From: Promethearchaeota archaeon
GTDB lineage: Archaea; Asgardarchaeota; Lokiarchaeia; Sigyniarchaeales; SOKP01
Reading direction: 5' to 3'
NCBI GenBank assembly: GCA_048939995.1
Contig: JBHLOY010000001.1
Coordinates: forward strand, 224,001-288,000
DNA: 64,000 nt
Shown: in pieces, positions 56,474 to 64,000 of the stretch
Numbering within the stretch: position 1 is the stretch's first letter
How the letters are laid out: each line of letters begins with the position of its first letter
Translations under genes and position numbers: made by a program
Notes under the pieces: model-generated
What the model saw: only the letters and a program-made list of their open reading frames with translations
Database searches by the model: none
Told to the model about the DNA's origin: nothing

Positions 56474-58020
56474 CTCCCTTCGATTTTATCTTTTAAATAA
56501 ATCCCTGAAGCAATCCTACCTCCAAGTATGGTGGAAGAAAAACCACCTCCAAAATTTGTCCATGCACCTACTTGATAAAGTCCAGGAATTGCCCCTCTAC
56601 TAGTTAATCTAAATAATGGCCCGTTAGTGACATCTTGAGTTGTACCATAAATAGCACCTTCAAGATTCTTCGAATATCGGTAGTATGTTAGAGGACTTGC
56701 TGCTACAGCAACTTCTATATAGTCTCGGATTTCTGGACATATTGTTTCTTCCACTAATGAGATCATACCATCCGCGATTTCATCCTTAAGCTGAAAGTAT
56801 TGATCTGGGGGGACACTTTGCCATAGTTTACCCATTTGTAAAGTAGTTAATACAAGTTGTGTTGTCCCAGGAGGTGATATATCCTCATAAATATGATTAT
56901 AGCAGGCCGCTACGATATATTTCGGTACCTCTAATTTGTGAAACATTTCATATGCTTCATTCATATTGTAACTATTATTGATGAAGGTCTCGTGAGCAGT
57001 TAAGCCCAAGTCTTTATAAGAAGCGTTCAGTCCAATATAAACTGAGAATCCTGAGGGTCCAATCTCAGGGGTATAAATTTTTTTCTTGTATTCTTCAGGA
57101 ACAGTCTCAGGTGGTAACATTTTCATTGTAGTACATATTGGGTTAACATTAGAAATCAGTGCCTTACACTTGTAAATGTCTCCATTAATCAATTCCACAC
57201 CGCAAACTCTTCCATTTTCTACTAATACCTTATTTACTAAAGCATTATATCTTATTTCTCCGCTAAACTTTTCAAATGCTTCGACCATTGCGTTTACTAA
57301 TGAATGAGATCTTCCCATAGGAAATGCTGCGCCCCATTTTAAATAAAAGATTAACATGGCAATAAAGGCATATGCATTTAATCTATCTGGTGGTAATCCA
57401 ACGTATCCCCAAAGTTGTGAAATTAGAGCAATCAACTTCTTGTCAGTAAAGAATTTTGAGTATAATTCAGATAAGGTAATACCAGAGACACGTGGAAGCC
57501 AAGGATGATCTTTAAGAACTTCTTGAGGCTTGAATTTCCCTCTTTTTGAAGCAACATATTCAATTCCTCTTAATACCGCTTTACACATCTCCATGAATTC
57601 TTCTATACCTTTTTTTTCGGAAGGAAAAAGCTCAATTAATTTTGCAGTGTATTCTTCTACACCCAATGGCATTGTAATGTCAAATCCATCGAGAAATACA
57701 CTTCTATAAAATTCTGGCACTTGTTTAAATTGTAATCTATCCGGAATAATTTCTAATCTCTCTAAAAAGCGATATAAACTGCCTTTATTATCTTTTGTGC
57801 CTATATCACTAAGTTCATGAAGTGCACCTTCAAATTCGAATCTTCCTCGTACGAAAGAAGTAGCAAAACCTCCTGGAACATTATGTTTTTCGAGTAATAA
57901 AACTTTTTCTCCTCTTAATACCAATTGACATGCTGCACCAAGTCCTCCAAGTCCAGCTCCAACAACTATAACTGGATATGTAGAAATAACTCTATTCTCA
58001 TCATAAGTACTATTTATCAT
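56467..58020 (-). CDS. Phytoene desaturase/retinol saturase (CrtI/RetSat)-family FAD oxidoreductase
   Basis: VVGAGLGGL, LLEKHNVPGGFATSFVRGRFEFE, FPMGRS, ASPLTYYRYS...GAIYG, IPGLYQVGAW..GGG. Confidence 0.88.
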   Translation of the reverse strand: MINSTYDENRVISTYPVIVVGAGLGGLGAACQLVLRGEKVLLLEKHNVPGGFATSFVRGRFEFEGALHELSDIGTKDNKGSLYRFLERLEIIPDRLQFKQVPEFYRSVFLDGFDITMPLGVEEYTAKLIELFPSEKKGIEEFMEMCKAVLRGIEYVASKRGKFKPQEVLKDHPWLPRVSGITLSELYSKFFTDKKLIALISQLWGYVGLPPDRLNAYAFIAMLIFYLKWGAAFPMGRSHSLVNAMVEAFEKFSGEIRYNALVNKVLVENGRVCGVELINGDIYKCKALISNVNPICTTMKMLPPETVPEEYKKKIYTPEIGPSGFSVYIGLNASYKDLGLTAHETFINNSYNMNEAYEMFHKLEVPKYIVAACYNHIYEDISPPGTTQLVLTTLQMGKLWQSVPPDQYFQLKDEIADGMISLVEETICPEIRDYIEVAVAASPLTYYRYSKNLEGAIYGTTQDVTNGPLFRLTSRGAIPGLYQVGAWTNFGGGFSSTILGGRIASGIYLKDKIEGRW

Positions 58021-58094
58021 TAAAGATCATTCTATCAGATAACATATAAAATTATAGATTTAATTCTGATTTTTACATTTTAGGAAATCAGAAA

Positions 58095-58910
58095 CTACCT
58101 ACCAATAAAATTGGGAGCTCTTTTTTCCTTTAGTGCTTGCATTGATTCATTAAAGTCTTTCGACGTGAAGCTTTTTCTTAGAGCTTTATTCTCTATATCC
58201 AGGGTCTTTGAAAGGATTTCTCTGAAATAACTATGCATTGTTTTTTTCATTAATTTTATCGATAAGTAGGGCCCTTTAGGAGGAATTAATCGTAAAGCTT
58301 GTTCTCTAGCGTAAGGAATCAATTTATCAGTTGGTAATACTTTATTTATTAAACCTAGCTCGTATGCTTGCTGAGCTGTGATTTTATCTCCGAAATATAC
58401 GATTTCTTTAGCTTTTTGAAAACCTAAATAAAATGGTAGTATAAAAGAGTTGGCAAATTCTGGAATTATCCCTCTTTTAACAAAAAAGAATCCGAGCCAT
58501 GCATCCTCAGACATATAAATTAGATCAGCACCAGCAAGTGGCATAGTAATGCCCCCTCCAATTGCCATTCCATTAATGGCAACAATAACGGGCTTATTGA
58601 AGTCCCAAAGTTTCATACATAATGTTTTCTGTGCAATATCCATAATATTAATTTCTGGATATTTCTTCATTTCTTCAAACATTTCAAGCTTAAAAAAACC
58701 ACCAGAAGTAAAAGCTTTCCCTTTAGGATCTCCAGTAATTATCAAGACTTTACTACTTTTATCTCCTTCCATATCTTCTAAAATAGTGTATAGTTCCAGA
58801 AATGTAATGTAAGTAACAGCATTTCTTCTTTCAGGTTTAGAAATGGTTGCAGTACATATTCCATTATCTTCTTTTTTATAAATTATGTCTTGAAAGTCAT
58901 CAATATTCAT
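58095..58910 (-). CDS. Enoyl-CoA hydratase/isomerase family protein
   Basis: KPERRNA, AFTSGG, KPVIVAINGMAIGGGITM, FVKRGIIPE. Confidence 0.92.
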   Translation of the reverse strand: MNIDDFQDIIYKKEDNGICTATISKPERRNAVTYITFLELYTILEDMEGDKSSKVLIITGDPKGKAFTSGGFFKLEMFEEMKKYPEINIMDIAQKTLCMKLWDFNKPVIVAINGMAIGGGITMPLAGADLIYMSEDAWLGFFFVKRGIIPEFANSFILPFYLGFQKAKEIVYFGDKITAQQAYELGLINKVLPTDKLIPYAREQALRLIPPKGPYLSIKLMKKTMHSYFREILSKTLDIENKALRKSFTSKDFNESMQALKEKRAPNFIGR

Positions 58911-58975
58911 TTTTGTGATAAAAACTAGAATGTATATACTATTTCAATAAAATAAAAAAAATTAAAAGAATTGGT

Positions 58976-60673
58976 TTAATCTTCACGTAATGCTCTTTTC
59001 AAAACTTTTCCTACCGTAGTTAAAGGCAACTCTTCTCTGAATTCCCAAATCTTTGGGACTTCATACTTTGAAAGATTTTCTTCTGCGTACTTTTGAATAC
59101 TTGCTTTTACTTCATCAGTTGCAGTCACACCTTCCTTTAACTGAATAACTGCTTTTACTATTTCAGCTCCGGGTCGATCGGGGTTCGGTACTCCAATTAT
59201 TGCTAGGATAGCTATGTCGGGATGTTTAGTCATAACTTCTTCTACGTGAACGCTGTAGACCTTAAAACCACTAACGATTAGCATATCTTTTGTACGATCT
59301 ACAATCTTCAAATATCCCTCTTCATCGAAGACACCTACATCTCCAGTATGAACGTAGCCCTCGTTATCAAAGGTTTTCGCTGTCGCTTCAGGTTTATTAT
59401 GATATCTTTTTGTGACTTGAGGTCCTTTGATTAGGATTTCACCAGGAGTCCCAATACCTACTTTTTCACCTGTTTCTACATCAACAAGCTTAATATCCGT
59501 ATCAGGTAGAGGTAACCCCACTGTTCCTATTTTCTTTTCTCCAAACATTGGATTTACAGTAGCCAGTACTGCTGTTTCAGTCATTCCATAGACCTCAACA
59601 AATTTGTTCTGAGAATGAAACTGCTTTTCAAATTGTCTTATCGCTTCAGGAGGAAATGGAGCGGCTCCACTAACATACAGAGTGATATTGTCTAATACTT
59701 CAGGTGGAATATCTTTTGACTTTGGATTTTGTTGAACCATTAAGAAGAGAGTTGGTACATTGCCAAAACTAGAAGGCTTCTTATCAATGAGTTCTTTAAT
59801 AATGTGATCAGTATCTCTCGGATTTGCGATTATAATCTGAGTTCCGCCAATATAATTCAAGAACAATCCAATAAAGTATCCTGCAATGTGGAAATAAGGA
59901 AATGCAGATAACGTAATCTCTTTTCCTTTTTCTCTATTAAGCCAAGTATCGAATTGATGCATGTTTGAAACCAAGTTAGCATGTACTATTTCAGTTCCTT
60001 TAGGAAGACCTGTCGTTCCTCCTGTATATTGAATTAATGCTAAATCAGTCTTGGGATCAATGTTCACTGGTTTTAAATCTATTTCAATATTAATAGCATC
60101 TAAAAATGGAACTACTGTTTTCCCTGGCCATGGTGTCATCTTTCCTTTAGGGATTTTTTTTATCAATTTTCCCATGAATACTTTAAATCCAGAAAAACCC
60201 ATGAATTCAGAAACATTAGTAGGAACAATTACCTGCAAATTTGGTAACCTGTCTAAAAATTTACTAAAGATTTTTTCATAAATAATGTCCATAGTTACAG
60301 CAACTTTAGCATTACAATCCCCAAGTTGATAAGCCATCTCTTCGGGACTTAAGAGTGGAGAACACCCAGAGACTGTTCCACCTGCAATATAGGTCCCATA
60401 AGCGGCAAATAAAAATTGAGGTGTATTTGGAAGACAAATAGCAACTACATCACCCTTTTGTAGCCCATTTTTTTGTAAAAAAGTCCCAAATTTCTGAGCG
60501 TATTCTAAAATTTCAGAAAAAGTGAAAGAACGATCCATAAAATGAAATCCTATTCTATCAGAATATGTGGTCATAGTTTCAGTTAAAATTGTCCCAAGAT
60601 CCTTATTTGGGTATGTTAAAGTGGATGGAACATGTTTATCATACGATTTCAACCAAAATTTTTCACTACTCAT
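58976..60673 (-). CDS. fadD: Long-chain fatty-acid--CoA ligase (AMP-binding)
   Basis: QYTGGTTGLPKG, YGMTE, HTGDVG, IVDRTKDM, LPLTTVGKVL. Confidence 0.9.
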   Translation of the reverse strand: MSSEKFWLKSYDKHVPSTLTYPNKDLGTILTETMTTYSDRIGFHFMDRSFTFSEILEYAQKFGTFLQKNGLQKGDVVAICLPNTPQFLFAAYGTYIAGGTVSGCSPLLSPEEMAYQLGDCNAKVAVTMDIIYEKIFSKFLDRLPNLQVIVPTNVSEFMGFSGFKVFMGKLIKKIPKGKMTPWPGKTVVPFLDAINIEIDLKPVNIDPKTDLALIQYTGGTTGLPKGTEIVHANLVSNMHQFDTWLNREKGKEITLSAFPYFHIAGYFIGLFLNYIGGTQIIIANPRDTDHIIKELIDKKPSSFGNVPTLFLMVQQNPKSKDIPPEVLDNITLYVSGAAPFPPEAIRQFEKQFHSQNKFVEVYGMTETAVLATVNPMFGEKKIGTVGLPLPDTDIKLVDVETGEKVGIGTPGEILIKGPQVTKRYHNKPEATAKTFDNEGYVHTGDVGVFDEEGYLKIVDRTKDMLIVSGFKVYSVHVEEVMTKHPDIAILAIIGVPNPDRPGAEIVKAVIQLKEGVTATDEVKASIQKYAEENLSKYEVPKIWEFREELPLTTVGKVLKRALRED

Positions 60674-60821
60674 TTGTATAACACATTTTTGATTTTATTT
60701 TTTTTATTATTTATTTTGCTCTTTTCATTTTTAAAAGTTAATTTTTGATTGATCAAAGTAATTGATAATAAATATTTTATCAATTTTTTAAATTTTTTAA
60801 TTTGTCAATTTTTTAAACTAG

Positions 60822-61577
60822 TTATAAGCCCGGAATCCTTGTTCTTTTGTATAGAATATCTAAGGCTTTGGAAACGAGAGTGATCACTACTAAGAAAAGT
60901 AGAGCTACAATAATATATGTAAATATTACTGCAAACGTTGCGAAAGCTACAGCATATGCTTGAGCAAAGAGGTCTGATACAGCAATGAAATATACAACGA
61001 CTGTATATTTTGGGAGATATGCTGCTTCATTAGACCATGCAGGAATAACACGACGTAAAGCTTGTGGTAAAATTACTCGCCTTATGCCAGCTCCTCGAGA
61101 CATACCTAAAGATTGAGCAGTAATTAGTTGTTCGCTACTAATAGAAATAATAGCGCCTCGGAAATATTCAGCTTGATATGCAGCACTGTTAAGACCTAAA
61201 GTAAGAATGGCTACCAAGGTTTGTGGGTTTAACCATATGACAGAAATGTTCTTGCCTAAGAATGTGGATACAGTTTTTAATTCCCAATTTCCTAAGGGGA
61301 GATTTAAACTAAGGGGGAGAAAATAGAAGAAGAATATTTGTGCAAGTAACGGCGTGCCACGTATAATTTCAATATATCCGGATGCAATCCAAGAAAGAGG
61401 GGTAGTATATGGAGGGTGAAAACTTTTACCATATACCCGAAGAATAGCAAGTAAAAGTCCAAGGAAAAATCCTATTATAAGTGCCCATAAATATAACCAC
61501 ATGGTCACTATGAAACCCGAGAGAATGAAATTCCAACGGTTTAATACTTGTTCTATAGGATTTGCTTGAATAATCAT
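60822..61577 (-). CDS. Polar amino acid ABC transporter permease (HisM/GlnP type)
   Basis: YIEIIRGTPLLAQ, NSAAYQAEYFRGAI, VILPQALR. Confidence 0.93.
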   Translation of the reverse strand: MIIQANPIEQVLNRWNFILSGFIVTMWLYLWALIIGFFLGLLLAILRVYGKSFHPPYTTPLSWIASGYIEIIRGTPLLAQIFFFYFLPLSLNLPLGNWELKTVSTFLGKNISVIWLNPQTLVAILTLGLNSAAYQAEYFRGAIISISSEQLITAQSLGMSRGAGIRRVILPQALRRVIPAWSNEAAYLPKYTVVVYFIAVSDLFAQAYAVAFATFAVIFTYIIVALLFLVVITLVSKALDILYKRTRIPGL

Positions 61578-62362
61578 TATCTTTCCTCCTCTGATATTTT
61601 TAAAAGTTCTTCATGGCTTCCATATAAAATTTGGAGTTGCTTGAGGAAAGTTTTAACCCTTTCAGACTTTGGGTTTGTAAAAAAGTGCTGTGGGGTACCG
61701 CGTTCTAAAATGATACCTTCTCCAAGAAAAATCATTTCCGATGCAACAGCTCTAGCAAATCCCATTTCATGAGTTACAACCACCATCGTAGTTCCTGATT
61801 TAGCAATATCTAACATTACTTGAAGTACTTCACCGATCAATTCTGGATCTAATGCAGAAGTAGGCTCATCAAATAGTATTACATCAGGCTCCATGGCTAA
61901 AGCACGTGCTATGCCTATGCGTTGTTGTTGACCTCCTGATAGCTGCGCGGGATAATGATCCGCCCATTTTGCCATTTTTACACTTTCTAATGCTTTAAGT
62001 GCTTTTTCTCTAGCTTCTTCCTTTGGTAAAAATTTTACGCGACGAAGTCCAATAGTGACATTGTTTATTGCTGTGAGGTGGGCAAACAAATTAAAATGTT
62101 GGAATACCATCCCAATTCTTGCTCGAATTTGATTAATACTAACTCCTTTTTCTCTTATGTTCTGTCCGCGGAGATATACCTCACCCTTATCCGGAGGATT
62201 TAGCATATTGATACAACGCAGTAATGTGCTTTTCCCAGAACCACTCGGTCCGAATATAACTTTAACATCTCCTTCAGCTACTTCAAAAGAAACTCCTTTC
62301 AGAACTTGCAAATTGTCATAGGATTTCCATATATCAACTAATTTTAGTACAGATTCACTTAT
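61577..62362 (-). CDS. Polar amino acid ABC transporter ATP-binding protein (GlnQ-like); candidate ATA start at 62362
   Basis: [49 protein letters not shown]. In-frame upstream [16 protein letters not shown] is the typical first ABC strand. Confidence 0.93.
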   Translation of the reverse strand: MSESVLKLVDIWKSYDNLQVLKGVSFEVAEGDVKVIFGPSGSGKSTLLRCINMLNPPDKGEVYLRGQNIREKGVSINQIRARIGMVFQHFNLFAHLTAINNVTIGLRRVKFLPKEEAREKALKALESVKMAKWADHYPAQLSGGQQQRIGIARALAMEPDVILFDEPTSALDPELIGEVLQVMLDIAKSGTTMVVVTHEMGFARAVASEMIFLGEGIILERGTPQHFFTNPKSERVKTFLKQLQILYGSHEELLKISEEER

Positions 62363-62364
62363 TT

Positions 62365-63423
62365 TTAACCACCTCCCATTCCTAACTTTTTAAGTTTTTT
62401 AGTTTGGCGTTCGCCAAATAATTTAGTTATTGGAAAAGTAAAAAGAAAGTAAGTAATTGCTACAACCCCCATAGATAGCGCCCATAACTCGCGAAAACTC
62501 ACAGATACATAATAAGCTGCTCTTGTCATCTCAATAATTCCCACCTCAAATGCAAACGAAGAATCTTTAATAACGACAGCATATTCATTGGACCAGCTAG
62601 GTAAAGCGAGTCTGAGTGCTTGAGGCATTAATATGTGCCGGAAAGCTTGGAATCGGGTCATTCCCACCGAATATGCAGCCTCTATTTGCCCTGGATTCAC
62701 TGATAATATAGCCCCACGAAAGATTTGAGATTGATAAGCACCACTGCGAACAGCTAATGCTAAAACTACACTATTAAGTGGAGAAATATTTGGAATTCCA
62801 AAATAGAATAGGTAAATCAGAACTAGAAGTGGAATTCCTCTAAACAGCTTCTCATAACCGATTCCTACTATACGTAATTCTACACCTCCATAAACACGCA
62901 TAATTGCTAATGAAATGCCAAGAAGAAATCCGAATATTAGACCTAAAACAGTTAGGATTAGTGTTTGAGGTAAACCATTTATAACTATAAATAAAAAAAT
63001 GTAAGGAGGGGTTGCAATAAAGGAAAAAACAAACCCTAGTATAAGTGTAATAAAAAAAAGAATTAATTGAATGACTATAACAAAAACAATTGATTCTCTA
63101 AATTCCTTTTTATAAATCAACATAATGACAAAAATGCCAATTAAAATGTTAATACTAGTACTAATTATTTCTGGAATAATATTCTCGTAGAATAGTGGGA
63201 AAAGTGCATAAAGAGTTGGAATATCTTTTATTAACCATACTATATTGACTATAGCTGATGTTTTGAGGGAGGTATCCCATACATTTGAATAGGGCTTATG
63301 CTTTTTCCTAGCATACCATCTCATTAATAAAATTCCAATCAAAAAGAGAATACACGGAATGATAATGCTTTTAAGATTACTTATTATTAAAGCAATATAT
63401 CCTAAATTTACTTGAAATAACAT
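62365..63423 (-). CDS. Polar amino acid ABC transporter permease with extra N-terminal TM domain
   Basis: [32 protein letters not shown] (EAA loop), [13 protein letters not shown]; about 140 additional hydrophobic residues at the N-terminus. Confidence 0.9.
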   Translation of the reverse strand: MLFQVNLGYIALIISNLKSIIIPCILFLIGILLMRWYARKKHKPYSNVWDTSLKTSAIVNIVWLIKDIPTLYALFPLFYENIIPEIISTSINILIGIFVIMLIYKKEFRESIVFVIVIQLILFFITLILGFVFSFIATPPYIFLFIVINGLPQTLILTVLGLIFGFLLGISLAIMRVYGGVELRIVGIGYEKLFRGIPLLVLIYLFYFGIPNISPLNSVVLALAVRSGAYQSQIFRGAILSVNPGQIEAAYSVGMTRFQAFRHILMPQALRLALPSWSNEYAVVIKDSSFAFEVGIIEMTRAAYYVSVSFRELWALSMGVVAITYFLFTFPITKLFGERQTKKLKKLGMGGG

Positions 63424-63504
63424 CTTAGAGTTTTTAATTTTATGTATATTTGATGAATATTAACTAAATAAATAAAAAAAAATTAATAAAGTTTGGAATT
63501 ACAA

Positions 63505-63999
63505 TTAGGCTGTAAAATTGAACCATTTCTGGAGACTATCATACATCCTTCCATCTAAAAAACTATCAAGTATAACGTTATTGATCTCATACATAAGTTC
63601 TGGCTCTCCATATCTGGTCCAAAGTGCAAACTCCTCTGTCCCTGTCCGAAGAATAACCTTGAGATCATACGTTTGTGACCAAGAAAGATAAACAGGTTCG
63701 TCTACATATACCGCTTCGATTGCTCCTCCAATTAAAGCTAACATCATTGCATCAACTGCAATATATTCTGTATATGTAGTCACTCCAGCAGCTATTATAT
63801 CTGCTAAAAGTGTTGAACCAGATTGAACACCTACGTTAGTTCCCTCAAGATCAGATAAATTTCCTATTACCAATACTGAATCATTCTTTACGACAACCGC
63901 TTGACCTACAGTAATGTATGTGATTGATGCCGCAAGATAGGTGGATCGATTTTCGGTGTATGTCATAGCCGCTGCAATCATATCAATTTGACCAGCAGC
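63505..63999 (-). CDS. Polar amino acid ABC transporter substrate-binding protein (family 3), 5' part beyond the window
   Basis: GQIDMIAAAMTYTENR, DLEGTNVGVQSGS, LIGGAIEAVYVD, DGRMYDSLQKWF. Frame is open to the window end. Confidence 0.88.
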   Translation of the reverse strand, partial: AAGQIDMIAAAMTYTENRSTYLAASITYITVGQAVVVKNDSVLVIGNLSDLEGTNVGVQSGSTLLADIIAAGVTTYTEYIAVDAMMLALIGGAIEAVYVDEPVYLSWSQTYDLKVILRTGTEEFALWTRYGEPELMYEINNVILDSFLDGRMYDSLQKWFNFTA

Positions 64000-64000
64000 A

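Noticed and set aside
56467-58020. Carotenoid biosynthesis (crtI)
   Set aside because: No phytoene synthase, cyclase or prenyltransferase nearby; neighbours are catabolic.
1643-61772. Short alternative-frame and antisense ORFs in the track (e.g. 1643, 2142, 4020, 5979, 11870, 15447, 20988, 22402, 28112, 28659, 29619, 30271, 32301, 32681, 33535, 34166, 38062, 39050, 40820, 47527, 48350, 48926, 50404, 52156, 55350, 56293, 58549, 60051, 61548)
   Set aside because: All overlap well-supported genes and show the Ser/Ile/Phe-rich composition of antisense shadows or no motif.
1-64000. CRISPR arrays, tRNA/rRNA genes, transposases, integrases or prophage
   Set aside because: No regularly spaced repeats, no GC-rich structural RNA-sized segment and no mobile-element ORFs seen by eye; intergenic gaps are short and AT-rich. 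A tRNAscan/Infernal run would be needed to exclude small RNAs.

Overview
AT-rich (about 30% GC by eye), gene-dense archaeal chromosome segment, most likely an Asgard archaeon of the Lokiarchaeia/Promethearchaeota type. This placement is an inference from gene content: Rab-like and Rag-like small GTPases, a longin-like protein, a presenilin-type protease, TPR proteins, H4MPT C1 genes and an expanded beta-oxidation gene set. No rRNA, tRNA, CRISPR array or mobile element was recognised. Main blocks: (1) 0.8-8 kb, eukaryote-signature-like genes plus an FrhB-like protein, archaemetzincin and a GT4 glycosyltransferase; (2) 9.6-23.8 kb, mch, RecJ/GAN, beta-CASP RNase, purine salvage (mtnP, PfkB kinase, apt), a gcvT-H-PA-PB operon, a RagA/Gtr1-like GTPase-roadblock fusion, mtd and ftr; (3) 23.8-39.5 kb, two large surface glycoproteins, glycyl-tRNA synthetase, a coiled-coil protein, duplicated GNATs, TPRs and AmrS; (4) 39.7-60.7 kb, a lipid-catabolism island; (5) a polar amino-acid ABC transporter cut by the window end. 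The best candidate for an undescribed system is the lipid island. It carries three Cys-less thiolase-fold proteins with DUF35 partners, two resembling the actinobacterial Ltp4/Ltp3 sterol side-chain retro-aldolase, together with SCP2, an acyl-CoA dehydrogenase with an IVD/AtuD-type catalytic position, a BKACE enzyme, an F420-LLM enzyme and a coupled CrtI/RetSat-like flavoprotein plus 2Fe-2S reductase. This suggests breakdown of branched isoprenoid, sterol or hopanoid-type lipids. Two conserved genes (gcvT and the ABC ATPase) have no in-frame ATG/GTG/TTG for their conserved N-termini and appear to start at ACG and ATA behind good SD motifs. All family assignments come from motif recognition from memory; no database search was run.
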